Numbered from the stretch's first letter, positions 37,016 to 47,635 are shown. The stretch: 64,000 nucleotides of DNA from Candidatus Sericytochromatia bacterium (GCA_018780035.1 JADMKE010000003.1:210753-274752); one strand, 5' to 3'. Notes: a model not told the origin generated them from the letters alone. Translations and numbers: made by a program.

Positions 37016-38644
37016 GTGTGGGAATTCGGCTGGTTAAAAAAACACCCTTGGACGCTGGTATTAGCGATTCTGGGGCTTTGCATACATTTGGGGCTGACCC
37101 TACAATTAATCCCGCTCGCAAGGCAATTGGAGCCTTTGCTTCGCGAATTTCAACTTTCAGCTTTTGTCTCTTTTATTGCGCTTTTGTTGGGGATTTATGC
37201 CGCCAAAGGGCTTTTTGATTGGCTCCAACGGGTTGCCTGGAGCCAGTTGGTCTTGCAGCGCAGCATGGAGCGCCGCTTGGACCTTTACAGCTATTTATTG
37301 CAAATGCCACTGAGCCGTTGGCAAAATGAGCAAAGTGGCGATCTTCAAGCCCGACTGACTGTGGATCTGCAAGAGCTTGAAAATGCCAGTTTAAACCAAC
37401 TCAGCCGATTTTTTCCCAATTTGCTGCAGGTAATTGTGCTCATATTCTATCTGATCTGGCTCAATCCGATTCTGACTTTGGTGACAGCCTTGCTATTGCC
37501 TTTGGGATCCCTCAGTTTGAATTTAACCAGCTTGCGATTGCGGCACTGGTCCGAAACTTTGCAAACGGAGCGGGGACAACTCTTTGCTGAAATCGCTGAC
37601 AGTTTACAGGCCTTGCCCAGTCTTTGGCCCTTGCAGGTCAGCTCATGGCTCGAAAACAGGCTGAATCAGATCCAAAAAAAATTAATGCTCGCCCAACGCA
37701 AACAAGTCGCTTGGCGGGCCCTGCAAGGACCCCTGCTGGGTTGGGTTCAAGCTTTGGCTCTGGGTTTGGTGCTGCTAAGTGGGGCTTGGCAGGTGCAAAG
37801 TGGCAGGGCGAGCGTCGCCGATTTGCTGGCCTTTGGCACAGCTTTGGCGCTGAGCATTGATCCTGTCTTGGCCTGTGTCGAAGCCTGGGGTCTGGTTCAA
37901 AGTGCTCTGCCTGCTCAAAAGAGACTGGCGGAGCTCTTGCCAACACAGCGACAGCCCTCTGCCTCCGTCTTCACTCTGATGCCCCAAGAAAGTCCCCATT
38001 TACTTGAAATCAGATCGGTTGATTATCGCTATCCTGGCCAGCCTGCCCTGTTTCAAAACCTCAATCTGGTCTTGCCTGCCCATAAATGGAGCGCATTACT
38101 TGGAGCTTCGGGGGGGGGCAAATCCACCCTTTTGCATCTTTTGGCTGATGTTTTGCCGATGCAAACAGGCCAGCGATTGATACGAGAGGATCTTCACAAG
38201 GCCGTCTTGGTGCCCCAAAAATCGGCCTTCCTCAATTTAAGTGTGGGGGAAAATCTCTGTTTGGGTCGAGACATTAACGCCGATGACTTGGATGAAGTCT
38301 TGGAAATCTGTCAAATCAACACCTTTCTCAATAATTTGCAGTTGGGGTTGGCCAGCCCGATGGGCAATCAGGGCAGCCTCTTTTCTGGGGGTGAGCGACA
38401 GCGCATCGCTCTGGCAAGGGCTTTATTGGCCAAGCCCCAGCTTTTGCTATTAGACGAAGCCACCTCTGAATTGGACCCACTGACAGAGGGCAATTTGCTG
38501 AAAGCCCTTAAACGAATGCGGCCGGATTTGACCTGCCTGTGGGTGAGCCACCGCCCTGAGAGTTTGCAAGAAGTCGAATACTTTCTCTCGCTCACACATG
38601 GTACAATCAGCGTAATCGACAGCAGAGACGGATCACATGTTTGA
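37016..38644 (+). CDS. ABC exporter, fused permease-ATPase
   Basis: An N-terminal 6-TM exporter domain is followed by an NBD with Walker A GASGGGKST, signature FSGGERQRIALARAL and Walker B LLLLDEATS. It has a GTG start. Confidence 0.82.
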   Translation: MWEFGWLKKHPWTLVLAILGLCIHLGLTLQLIPLARQLEPLLREFQLSAFVSFIALLLGIYAAKGLFDWLQRVAWSQLVLQRSMERRLDLYSYLLQMPLSRWQNEQSGDLQARLTVDLQELENASLNQLSRFFPNLLQVIVLIFYLIWLNPILTLVTALLLPLGSLSLNLTSLRLRHWSETLQTERGQLFAEIADSLQALPSLWPLQVSSWLENRLNQIQKKLMLAQRKQVAWRALQGPLLGWVQALALGLVLLSGAWQVQSGRASVADLLAFGTALALSIDPVLACVEAWGLVQSALPAQKRLAELLPTQRQPSASVFTLMPQESPHLLEIRSVDYRYPGQPALFQNLNLVLPAHKWSALLGASGGGKSTLLHLLADVLPMQTGQRLIREDLHKAVLVPQKSAFLNLSVGENLCLGRDINADDLDEVLEICQINTFLNNLQLGLASPMGNQGSLFSGGERQRIALARALLAKPQLLLLDEATSELDPLTEGNLLKALKRMRPDLTCLWVSHRPESLQEVEYFLSLTHGTISVIDSRDGSHV

Positions 38645-38930
38645 ATCGGATTTTTCGCAATTGCCTGTACAGGGGTTCATACCCAGGCCAAAAGCATGGC
38701 CCCAAAACTTTCCCCAAGAACTCGTAAGCCCTGAAAAAAGCTTGCGAACTCGGGCATTGGGAGAATTGGCCGAAAGCAAGTCAACGCATAAAATCGCTGT
38801 GCTGGTAGAATTGCTCAAACACGAACAAGATCCAGACTTATACCTTCAGGCCAAAGCACTTTTATTGCAATTGTCAGACTCTGCCAAGACCCATTCCCGT
38901 TGGGACCCCTATGGCCAATTTCGGATCTGA
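38637..38930 (+). CDS. Small HEAT-repeat-like protein
   Basis: 97 aa. An ATGTTTGA overlap with the ABC gene stop suggests coupling. The HEAT-like motif is LRTRALGELAESKSTHKIAVLVELLKHEQDPDLYLQA. Confidence 0.4.
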   Translation: MFESDFSQLPVQGFIPRPKAWPQNFPQELVSPEKSLRTRALGELAESKSTHKIAVLVELLKHEQDPDLYLQAKALLLQLSDSAKTHSRWDPYGQFRI

Positions 38931-38947
38931 GAAACAGGCCCAGAGAA

Positions 38948-41002
38948 ATGCCTAAAAATACCTCTTTGATGGCACGCAGGCACCTGCGCGAGGCAGATGC
39001 CTTGAAACATTTGGGCCAATTTGATGCCGCAGAACGCCTTTACCGGCGGATTTTGCGCCTGGATCCCCAGTCTTTTGAAGCTGCTTACCAATTGGGTTTG
39101 GTCGCAGAAAAAAAAGGATTCCCAGATCGGGCAGCCCACTTTCACCGCCGTGCCATTGTTCACAATCGTCGCTATGCCCCACCTTATCTCCGACTGGGCC
39201 AGATTTACGAGCTTAACAATGATTTTTACAAGGCCTTGATGGCGTATGGTGAATATTTATTGCGAATTCCCAAAAGTGTAAGTGGTGATGCCTATCTGCG
39301 GTTTGCCCGAATGTTGACACTTTTGGAACAAGACGAAATGGCATTGCCCTTTTATCTGCAATCGCTGGAATTTATGCCTGCAGATGCCACCACCTATTTT
39401 TTGTTGGCAGAGACCTTGCAAAACCGGGGGGATTTGGATGGGGCACTTGAATGTTTTATGGCCTTGGGTAAAATCAACCCGATTGCATTGCCGCTGATTT
39501 CTTTTTTTATGGGCTATTTGCTCGAAAAAAATGGCGAATATACCGCCGCCCTTAAATGTTATGATCAGGCCCTGGAACATCCTGGGCAATTACAGATCTG
39601 GAAACTCAAACGGGATTTGGCCTACCCGCTGATTATGCAAAGCCGCGAAGAAATTGAAGCCTTTGAGAAAAAACTCAAAAAAGTCCTTTTCGATTTCCGC
39701 TTTGCCCTCTTAAAAAACCCTTTGAGCCCCAACAACCAAAATCACTATTATTTCAGCATGTTGCAGTTGAATATTGTACATATTGCCTACCATCACTACA
39801 ATCCTTTGCCTTTGCGGCGTGAATTTGCCGAGTTATTGCCTCAGTTTTTGCCACCTGTCAATTTGCCTGCTTGGCAACCGCGCAGCCATGCTGGTCATTT
39901 GATTCATCTCGGCCTGATCTGTGCTCCGAAAAGCCTAAATATGGCCTTTGCCTATGCGGGTGCGCTCTTTAATGAATTGGACCCTTCCCGCTACCGGATC
40001 ACCGTCTTTTGTCATTCGCCCAAAGTCAGCCAGATTTTTAACCCCCAGAACCGCTATTGCTTTAACCATCCCAATGCCAGTTATCGGGTGATCTCGCGGG
40101 ATTATGCTGAAGCAGCCAAACAGATTCGGGCAGAAGAATTGGATTTGCTGATGTTTACCGAACCCAGCTGGGACTCGTTTCAATATTCGCTCTCCTCTCT
40201 GCGCTTGGCCCGCGCCCAGGGCACGTCTTGGATGAATCCCGGCACCACCGGCATGCCCGAGATGGACTATTTTTTCTCTAGCGAATTAATGGAGCGCCCA
40301 GGCGCTGAAAGTGATTATTCAGAAACCCTGGTCAAATTTAAAACCCTGCCCTCTCATTTGCCGCTCTATCCCTTTCCAGAGGATCCTGTTTCCCGTTCGG
40401 ATTATGGCTTGGAAGGGGTTAAACGCCTCTATAGCTGTCCTCAGACTTTGCTCAAATTCCACCCGGATTTTGATCCGATTGTGGCTGAAATCTTGCGCCG
40501 TGACCCCGAGGGCCATCTCGCGCTGTTGGCGACCAAACAGCAGGGACAGCTCTGCGATATTTTGCTCAAACGCTTTCAAACAACCATTCCAGACGTGATG
40601 GATCGCATTTGGGTTTTACCCGAAATGCCCGTGCCAGACTTTTTGGGACTCTTGCGCGTCAGTGATGTGGTCCTTGATCCGCTTTATTATGGTGGGGGCA
40701 CCACCACTTACCAGGCCATGGCTTATGGTATTCCGATCATCACCCTGCCCACCGAACGGATGGTCGGACGAATCACGTCTGCCCTTTACAAAAAGATGGG
40801 GCTCACCGACACCGTCGCCACAGATCCCGAAAACTATATCCAATTGGCCAATCGCTATGCCATGAACCCCGAATTGCGGGCCGGCATTGTCGAAGGGACT
40901 TTGGCTCAGAGCATTTTATTTGAAGACCGGGCGATCATTGCTGAATTTTCAGAATTTATGGAAGATGTTGTCGCGGGGCGGCGCACCCCCAGATCCAATT
41001 AA
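38948..41002 (+). CDS. TPR-repeat glycosyltransferase, GT41 (O-GlcNAc-transferase/SPINDLY-like) C-terminal domain
   Basis: N-terminal TPRs. The C-terminal LDPLYYGGGTTTYQAMAYGIPIITLP matches the OGT-family catalytic region. The start could also be 38900. Confidence 0.68.
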   Translation: MPKNTSLMARRHLREADALKHLGQFDAAERLYRRILRLDPQSFEAAYQLGLVAEKKGFPDRAAHFHRRAIVHNRRYAPPYLRLGQIYELNNDFYKALMAYGEYLLRIPKSVSGDAYLRFARMLTLLEQDEMALPFYLQSLEFMPADATTYFLLAETLQNRGDLDGALECFMALGKINPIALPLISFFMGYLLEKNGEYTAALKCYDQALEHPGQLQIWKLKRDLAYPLIMQSREEIEAFEKKLKKVLFDFRFALLKNPLSPNNQNHYYFSMLQLNIVHIAYHHYNPLPLRREFAELLPQFLPPVNLPAWQPRSHAGHLIHLGLICAPKSLNMAFAYAGALFNELDPSRYRITVFCHSPKVSQIFNPQNRYCFNHPNASYRVISRDYAEAAKQIRAEELDLLMFTEPSWDSFQYSLSSLRLARAQGTSWMNPGTTGMPEMDYFFSSELMERPGAESDYSETLVKFKTLPSHLPLYPFPEDPVSRSDYGLEGVKRLYSCPQTLLKFHPDFDPIVAEILRRDPEGHLALLATKQQGQLCDILLKRFQTTIPDVMDRIWVLPEMPVPDFLGLLRVSDVVLDPLYYGGGTTTYQAMAYGIPIITLPTERMVGRITSALYKKMGLTDTVATDPENYIQLANRYAMNPELRAGIVEGTLAQSILFEDRAIIAEFSEFMEDVVAGRRTPRSN

Positions 41003-41041
41003 AACGGAACACCCCGTTTGAGCTTTGGGTTGGGCCTTACA

Positions 41042-43948
41042 CTATTTTGGCAAAGTTAGAAAAACGGCTTCCAATTGCCCTGTTTCGAGTGCGATCAGGG
41101 CCTCAGGCGCTGCCTGACTTAGGTGTTTAAAGGGGGTTAAAACCTGTATCCCCCGTTCTGGATCTGGCCAGTCGGCCATAAAACCCTGGGTCAAAAGAGG
41201 CACTCCCGAGGCCATTATTCTTGCCAGAAGCGCCTCTTGGCCCCAAAGCCGTCTGAGGGGGAAAACAATCAGACTGGCGGAGGCAAACAGGGCTTGCTCT
41301 TCGGTCTCTGAGAGACCTCCCCCCACCACAGCCAATTCGGGGATTTGTTCGGGATCGTGGCCCAAATCTTCTATTTGTTCCAGCAATTCCTGCTCAATTG
41401 GGTCCATATTTTCATTTTCATCAGGCAAATAAAGACTCAGCCGCGCGGAGCTGCCCGCCCCAAACACCTTTAAAAAAGCAGCAATGATCTCAGTATGACC
41501 ATACAGACCTTGAGGGTGGTAGAGACAGAGCAGATGTACCTCTTGCAAAGTTTCAGACCTCAGTAGCTGCTTTGAGGGGGATTCGGTTGCACTCAATAGC
41601 GGCAAGACCTTTATCCGCTGAAACCCTCTCGCTTGCAGGTGGGCCTGAGCCAAATCGCTGTAGACTTCAAAAGACTGCTGCCGAAAGGCTTCTAGCTGCT
41701 CAATCTTCAAATCCCAGATCGGACTGAGATCTGTCAGCCGGTAAAGCCTGTCTAAACCGGGCTTGGGATTGGGTGATTCCAAAACCGTTTCAAGTTCCCA
41801 CATGCGTCCTGCTTGCCAAACGAGTTGAACCCCCTTTTGGCGTGGGGACATCTGCCTCACTGCGGCAAAGACCTGTTTGAGGTCTGCCGCCATCTGCTCC
41901 CAGGTACAGGAGCCTTTTACCAAGGCCCTGGCCGATTCAATTCTTTGGCTGTTATCGGCATGCCAGGCTGTTTCAATCACATTTTTAAGCGCTTTGGGGT
42001 CGAGTGGATCGACGCTGTAAAAGAGATCTTGAAAGAATTCTCCCTGCACTGAATTTTGGCTCAACACCACTGGACAACCTGCCCAGGCCGCTTCCAAGGT
42101 GCTCAGCGGAAAACTTTCACTTGCACTGGGCAATACAAAGAGCCGAGCCGCCGCATAAGCCGAAGCCAACATTGCGTCAGAGAGATCCCTTAAAACATGA
42201 ATCCGGCCATTGCCGAGATATGTGCAAAGATCCAGATAGTCCTGAAACAGGTCTGAACTCTCTTTGCCCACCAAGACAATCGGAATATCCGTTTCACGCA
42301 GGGCGTAACAGAGCAGCAATTGGTTTTTATTCGGTTCAATCCTGCCGACACAGAGCAAAAAATCTCTGAGATCATGGGTTTGTTCGAACAGGGTGGGGTC
42401 TGCCTGGGTGTAAAGTTCGGGGTCACAGCCATTGGGCAAGAGGCGGAAATGGGGCAAACGTTCAGTGCAATGGCGCTTTAAATAATCCATTTCAGACATA
42501 GCCTGAGGGAGCAAAAAATCACAAACACCTGCAAACTGCCCGGAAATCTTGTCGATTTTGGTTTTCATGCCTGTTTTCTGCCAGTCGCCCTGAATTTTTC
42601 TCCACAGTGGATCCAGACGCCAATTTTCCAGCCATTGCAAAAGATGCGCTGAAACGGCAGAGGCTTGCTTTAAATGGCTTCCGACTTGCAGATGGATTTG
42701 GCTGTAAATTTCTTCGGCCAGGGCTGATTCGAGATAAAAGAGGGTGGAAATAGGCATGCCCACCACAGGTTTGGCTGTAGATTTAAGCAGGCGAAACTGG
42801 TATTGCTCGTGTAAATAACCCACTGCGTAAATCAGATCATAGTCTTCAAAATCGAGGCGGCAGGCCAGAGAAATATCTGTTTGCACTCCCAATTTGCGCA
42901 ACCGGGCCCGCGAGCGAAACATTTGCAGATCAGCCCCTCCAAAACTCAGGGCTGAGTCTGGTCGCATCAGAATTAAGACCCGCATTTCAATAGGCACTTG
43001 GGCTTTTTTCCAGATCACCACCACCAGCCGATCGCAAAAGCTCTCGCGGTCAATCAAATCAACACTGGCGCCGGTGAGCTCAGCCAAAGCGCTGCGCAAT
43101 TCTGAAGGTTCAACCTGTGAGCGGGAAAAAGCGGCAAGCAGCAGGCCCTCCGCATTTAAACCTTGCCAGGCCTTTTTGATCTGGTTTTGGGCTGCGTCAT
43201 CAAAACAGGTCAAATGCCAGAGCGTGACAAGATTTGATGCAAGTTCTGATGCGGGGTCTGTTTGGCCAGTTTGCCCACTTTTTTCTGACGCCATCAGCAT
43301 TTGAATCAGGCCTGTGCGCCAGCTCATTTGATCAGTCAGTTGTGGGTTATCTCCCAATAAGAGGCTGATTCGTGCTGCAAATGCCTGGGCGTTTTGTGCC
43401 GCAGTAAGCGGTTGTTTCAGGAGCTCAAACAAAGGAAACGCTGGCAATGGGAGCTCAAAGCCAAAACGATCACGCAAGGGGGGATCCTGTTTTAAAGCCA
43501 TAATGATTGGCTGATACAAGCCCACTGAAAGGCTTTGGGCTCTTTGCAAAAACGCTTTTGGTCGGCTGGGGTCTGTGGGAAAAGCGGGTATCTGTGCCAT
43601 TTTTTGCAAAGCTGATTGTTGGGTTTCTGGTTGTGGGGCTAAAAGCCACTTCACGAGCCAAGAACTGTATTGAGCCGCAGAATGGTTGGGCTCGATGGAC
43701 AAAGCCTGTTCCAAGGCCGCTTGAGCCTGGATTAAAAATTGAATTTCAGGGTTGGCTTGCCTCGGTACGAGACAATCCGAATACTCATGGATTTCACCCA
43801 AGCGGTAAAAATAACACCGGCCTTCAAAACAGTGCATCCAGGCCGCCAGCAGGCATTGACGGGCCAAATCCAACCAGGCTTCCAAACACATTCGCTTGGA
43901 AGCCTCGGGCATCGTCAATTCTGGGTAGAGTTCGGCAATTTGAATCAC
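41042..43948 (-). CDS. 968-aa multidomain glycosyltransferase (central GT4 domain plus second GT-B-like C-terminal domain)
   Basis: GT4 motif SESFPLSTLEAAWAGCPVV. The C-terminal region has a GT-B-like pattern (GGGLSETEE...ASGVPLL). It has a GTG start. Confidence 0.65.
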   Translation of the reverse strand: MIQIAELYPELTMPEASKRMCLEAWLDLARQCLLAAWMHCFEGRCYFYRLGEIHEYSDCLVPRQANPEIQFLIQAQAALEQALSIEPNHSAAQYSSWLVKWLLAPQPETQQSALQKMAQIPAFPTDPSRPKAFLQRAQSLSVGLYQPIIMALKQDPPLRDRFGFELPLPAFPLFELLKQPLTAAQNAQAFAARISLLLGDNPQLTDQMSWRTGLIQMLMASEKSGQTGQTDPASELASNLVTLWHLTCFDDAAQNQIKKAWQGLNAEGLLLAAFSRSQVEPSELRSALAELTGASVDLIDRESFCDRLVVVIWKKAQVPIEMRVLILMRPDSALSFGGADLQMFRSRARLRKLGVQTDISLACRLDFEDYDLIYAVGYLHEQYQFRLLKSTAKPVVGMPISTLFYLESALAEEIYSQIHLQVGSHLKQASAVSAHLLQWLENWRLDPLWRKIQGDWQKTGMKTKIDKISGQFAGVCDFLLPQAMSEMDYLKRHCTERLPHFRLLPNGCDPELYTQADPTLFEQTHDLRDFLLCVGRIEPNKNQLLLCYALRETDIPIVLVGKESSDLFQDYLDLCTYLGNGRIHVLRDLSDAMLASAYAAARLFVLPSASESFPLSTLEAAWAGCPVVLSQNSVQGEFFQDLFYSVDPLDPKALKNVIETAWHADNSQRIESARALVKGSCTWEQMAADLKQVFAAVRQMSPRQKGVQLVWQAGRMWELETVLESPNPKPGLDRLYRLTDLSPIWDLKIEQLEAFRQQSFEVYSDLAQAHLQARGFQRIKVLPLLSATESPSKQLLRSETLQEVHLLCLYHPQGLYGHTEIIAAFLKVFGAGSSARLSLYLPDENENMDPIEQELLEQIEDLGHDPEQIPELAVVGGGLSETEEQALFASASLIVFPLRRLWGQEALLARIMASGVPLLTQGFMADWPDPERGIQVLTPFKHLSQAAPEALIALETGQLEAVFLTLPK

Positions 43949-43969
43949 GCTAGGAGCTCTTTGGATTGC

Positions 43970-44506
43970 TCAATTTTGTTTTGAACCACACCATTGAGAT
44001 TCGCAGGGAATACCATCATTGTCTCCATCTGTTTTGGGATTGGGACAATTTTTTAGGTAGAAAAGGGCTTCTTGACAGGAGGTCATCTGAGAACAATATT
44101 CTTTGCCTTCACAGCGGTAAGGGCTCTCCCCAAGAGGTGTGGGTGTGGCGATTGGAAGCGTTGAGGTGGGGCTTGGTTTTGCACTTGGCGTGGGAGAAGG
44201 GGTGGATAAGGGAATTGTCGGAGAGGGCTGTGACGGAGAGGGTGTGGACAATTGAGAGGGTACAGCCGAGGCAGAAGGTTGCAAGCTGGGCGAAAATGAA
44301 GGGGTTGGCTGTGTGCTTGCAATTACTTGAGGAGAAGGTGTGTGGTCTGTTTGGGGGGGGGTAAAAGCACCAAGCGATGAGAGTGATGTGGATTCTGACG
44401 GGCCAGAACAGGCGCTCAAACTCAGATTTAGGCAAAATAGACCAGGCAGAACAAGCAACGTTAAATTGCGAAGCAAGGGCAAAAATTGGATGAGCATGGG
44501 CTTCAT
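43970..44506 (-). CDS. Secreted Pro/Ser/Thr-rich protein with C-terminal Excalibur calcium-binding domain
   Basis: Signal peptide with lipobox (LSLSAC), a PS(T)-rich linker, and the C-terminal DGDNDGIPCESQWC (Excalibur DxDxDGxxCE). It sits 21 nt upstream of the large GT on the same strand. Confidence 0.62.
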   Translation of the reverse strand: MKPMLIQFLPLLRNLTLLVLPGLFCLNLSLSACSGPSESTSLSSLGAFTPPQTDHTPSPQVIASTQPTPSFSPSLQPSASAVPSQLSTPSPSQPSPTIPLSTPSPTPSAKPSPTSTLPIATPTPLGESPYRCEGKEYCSQMTSCQEALFYLKNCPNPKTDGDNDGIPCESQWCGSKQN

Positions 44507-44756
44507 TTTAAACATATCGCCAGATCTTGCATAGTCTTTTTTGAACAAAAATGATTCAGCGATCTCCAATTTTGGGGTGAAAAATTGCATAAGAAATGGT
44601 TAAGATTAGATTAAATTTAAAAAAGATGGGAACTTAATTTTGCCCCTTGCGTCGCCCCCGTGTATGGCAGCAATAGTCTAAAAAAATGCTGATTGATTCG
44701 GTGGTATAAGCGCTGAGGCTTTATCCTGATAGCAGGTTCAAGACTGAGTCAAGGGG

Positions 44757-44784
44757 GTGACACTTCGCACACCCGTGATATAAT
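44757..44784 (+). promoter_or_regulatory. Sigma70-like promoter with extended -10 (GTGACA, 16-nt spacer, TG-n-TATAAT)
   Basis: It lies in the 300-bp divergent intergenic region, about 110 nt upstream of the M23 peptidase ORF. Confidence 0.4.
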
Positions 44785-44894
44785 GCCTGAGTTAATGTGA
44801 TTTGAATCACGCTGTTTTTCGTTTTCGTTTTAACTGAAACACAAACCAAGAACACACCACAACTTTCAACCTGGAAAGGATCGTTGCAAAGTCT

Positions 44895-46163
44895 ATGCAG
44901 ACTAACTTTCCCCAACAAACACCCCTTTTTCCCGAACTCGACCAACTTTTTGATGAGATTCATTCCCAATGGGAATCTGAAATTCAAGATCTCAACCACC
45001 GCATTCCTGTAGCCCCGATGGTCACTGCGCCCGCAGTCACACCGCTGGCGACATCCCGTTCAGCCCGGTCTTCGCGCAAACCCCTGTTCAACCCTGCTCA
45101 GAGCAAGAGCATTCGCTCAAAGAGACAGCTCCAAGGCTTTGGCTTGCCGCAGCTTCTTCAACTGGCTTTAAAACTCCCCCGTGGGCTCTCGTTGCCCAAA
45201 CCTGCCGTATTGGTAAAAACCGCAGCTGTTTGCGCCACGCTCGCGGGTACCGTCTCTGGTTATCACCTGATTCAAACGGCCACTGCTTCAGCACCTACAC
45301 CCAAAATTCGCAAAGTTATGGCTCAAAATACCCAGACCAAGGTCGCTGCCTTCCGCAAAGAAGTGGCTGAAGGCAATCACTTTGTCGTCGACAGTGATAA
45401 ACCGATTCAATACGTGGTCCAAGACGGTGATACTGTCTCCAAATTGGCAAATAAGTTCCACGTCAGCCCCAATACGATTATCAAGAACAACGATCGCAAA
45501 AAGCTCAAAGCGGATCGCATGAGACCTGGGACCCGGTTGACGATTCTGCCCATGGATGGCATCTCTCACCCGGTAGAAAAAGGTGAAACCATTGCTGAAT
45601 TGGCCAAACGCTACAAAAAACCTGTAGACGAAATTATTGAAGTCAACGATCTCGACAATCCCCATATGATTGTTGAAAACCAGAAATTGATCATTCCCAA
45701 TGCGGCTGATTTGCGTCGCCGTCCCGTGAACAAGCCCCGCGTGGCCAGTCACAAACCCGCCAATAAAAATGGTTCAACCTCTGCCCATGCCCCCTCAGGC
45801 AACCGCCTGTCTTGGCCTTCAGCTGGAATTGTGACCTCCAATTATGGTTGGCGCTGGTTCCGCATGCATGCCGGCATGGACGTCGCTGCCCCCATTGGCA
45901 CCCCGATTCGCTCGGCCAAAGAGGGCCGTGTGGTCTACAGCGGCTGGATGGGTGGCTATGGTTATGCGGTCGATGTCGAACATCCCAATGGGGTTGTCAC
46001 CCGCTATGCCCATTGCTCTGAACTGCATGTCCGTGTTGGCCAAACCGTTCAAAGGGGTCAAGTATTGGCTGCCATGGGTTCCACAGGCCATTCGACTGGA
46101 CCTCACTTGCATTTTGAAGTGCATGTCAACGGCGAAGCTGTGAACCCCCGCAACCATTTTTAA
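44895..46163 (+). CDS. LysM-domain M23 family metallo-endopeptidase
   Basis: TM anchor, two LysM repeats (DGDTVSKLA..., GETIAELAK...), and the M23 motifs HAGMD and GSTGHSTGPHLHFE. Confidence 0.85.
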   Translation: MQTNFPQQTPLFPELDQLFDEIHSQWESEIQDLNHRIPVAPMVTAPAVTPLATSRSARSSRKPLFNPAQSKSIRSKRQLQGFGLPQLLQLALKLPRGLSLPKPAVLVKTAAVCATLAGTVSGYHLIQTATASAPTPKIRKVMAQNTQTKVAAFRKEVAEGNHFVVDSDKPIQYVVQDGDTVSKLANKFHVSPNTIIKNNDRKKLKADRMRPGTRLTILPMDGISHPVEKGETIAELAKRYKKPVDEIIEVNDLDNPHMIVENQKLIIPNAADLRRRPVNKPRVASHKPANKNGSTSAHAPSGNRLSWPSAGIVTSNYGWRWFRMHAGMDVAAPIGTPIRSAKEGRVVYSGWMGGYGYAVDVEHPNGVVTRYAHCSELHVRVGQTVQRGQVLAAMGSTGHSTGPHLHFEVHVNGEAVNPRNHF

Positions 46164-46243
46164 ACACACTGCCTGCTTGCCGGTTTTGCGTATATAATGC
46201 CTGTAGATTAATAGAGAGTTACGCACCATTGCAGGGAGTTTCC

Positions 46244-47635
46244 ATGAAAGCAAATCCATCCCGCGAAACACTGCTGCAGATTGCCGCTTCGGTCTGTCTG
46301 CTGCTCTGTGCCGCCGTTCTTCAACTGCTGTCGATCCCTTTCGGAGCCTTGGTACTGGGGGTGATTGGTATCGCTTTGCTGGCCACTCAAGCCAAGTTTT
46401 TGTTGCGGCAAACCCGCACGGGAGCCGCGCAATTGGAGATGGTTTTACAGCAGGTTCTCAGCAATCAAGACCCCGATTTTGAAAGCCTGCCCGAACAGTG
46501 GCAATTGGTCGGAAAAAAACTTAAATCGATCACGACCTATCTTTCTGTCATGAAACAAAGCATGGAAGATCGCATTGCTTTGCTCGAAGAAAAAAACCAA
46601 GAACTCAAAGAGCAAAAGAGCAAAATCCAAGAGTCTTTTTTGGCTCTTCAGCATTATCACACCATTCAAGACAAGTTCCGTGGAATTTTGGATATCGACG
46701 AAATCCTGAGCGAAGCGATGGAATTGCTGGTACAAGAAGTCTCCCCCAACAAAGCTTTTTTTCTGCAATTTGATCTCGACACCGAACATGTGCGGGTTCA
46801 CAGCCCCGTCGGTGTTCCTTTGCAAGCCAATCAAATGTTGACCCGTGGCGAAATCTCAGGCTATTTAAGGCGCTTTGAAGATGACCAACAGAGCGTCTTA
46901 GAAATGAGTGAAGAAGAGGGCAAAGGGGCCTTATACGGCATTCCCTTTAGCTCCTGTCTGCTGGCCCGTGTGGTGATCGATGGCGAGGTCTGGGGTGTGA
47001 TTTGCGTTCTCGACAAAGAGAGTCGCCAAGGAACCGAGATATTTGGTGAAAAAGACCGGATTATCCTTGGTAATATGGCCTCTATTTTGCAAAAAGATCT
47101 TAAAAGTGCCCATCTTTTTGAATTGGCAACGACTGATAGCCTTTCTAAACTCTGTGTCCGCCGCTATTTTGAACGGCGCATGGAAGAAGAAATCCGCCGC
47201 TCTCAGCGCCATCAATTTGAATTCTGTCTACTCATGATAGATATCGATTTTTTCAAGCGCTTCAACGATACCTATGGGCATCTTGTCGGCGACGAAGTGA
47301 TCCGTGAAGTCTCCCAGCAGGTCAAAAACCAGGTCCGCAACGGTGTGGATATTGTCTCGCGCTATGGTGGTGAGGAAATTGTCGTGCTTTTGCCGCAAAC
47401 CCCCCAAGAACCTGGAGAGATGGTTGCCGAGCGCATCCGTCAGGCGATTGAAAGCCTGGACGTGCCCTCTTTGAGCAATACCAAAAACAGCCCGCATGTG
47501 ACGATCAGTGTTGGTATGGCGGCTTTCCCACAGCATGGCCGCGATATGAAAGAATTGTTGGAGCACGCCGATTCCAGCATGTACAAGGCCAAAGAGTCCG
47601 GTCGCAACCGGGTGATGGTGTATCAAGAATCGTAA
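46244..47635 (+). CDS. GAF-domain diguanylate cyclase (GGDEF, GGEEI variant)
   Basis: N-terminal TM helices, a GAF-like region, and the motifs RYGGEEIVVLL and DSSMYKAKESGRN. AGGGAG RBS 7 nt upstream of the ATG at 46244. Confidence 0.83.
   Translation: MKANPSRETLLQIAASVCLLLCAAVLQLLSIPFGALVLGVIGIALLATQAKFLLRQTRTGAAQLEMVLQQVLSNQDPDFESLPEQWQLVGKKLKSITTYLSVMKQSMEDRIALLEEKNQELKEQKSKIQESFLALQHYHTIQDKFRGILDIDEILSEAMELLVQEVSPNKAFFLQFDLDTEHVRVHSPVGVPLQANQMLTRGEISGYLRRFEDDQQSVLEMSEEEGKGALYGIPFSSCLLARVVIDGEVWGVICVLDKESRQGTEIFGEKDRIILGNMASILQKDLKSAHLFELATTDSLSKLCVRRYFERRMEEEIRRSQRHQFEFCLLMIDIDFFKRFNDTYGHLVGDEVIREVSQQVKNQVRNGVDIVSRYGGEEIVVLLPQTPQEPGEMVAERIRQAIESLDVPSLSNTKNSPHVTISVGMAAFPQHGRDMKELLEHADSSMYKAKESGRNRVMVYQES

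Noticed and set aside
46164-46243. Promoter call from the tatataat box upstream of the GGDEF gene
   Set aside because: The best -35 candidate (TTGCCG) gives a 10-nt spacer, so the geometry is poor. I left it uncalled.
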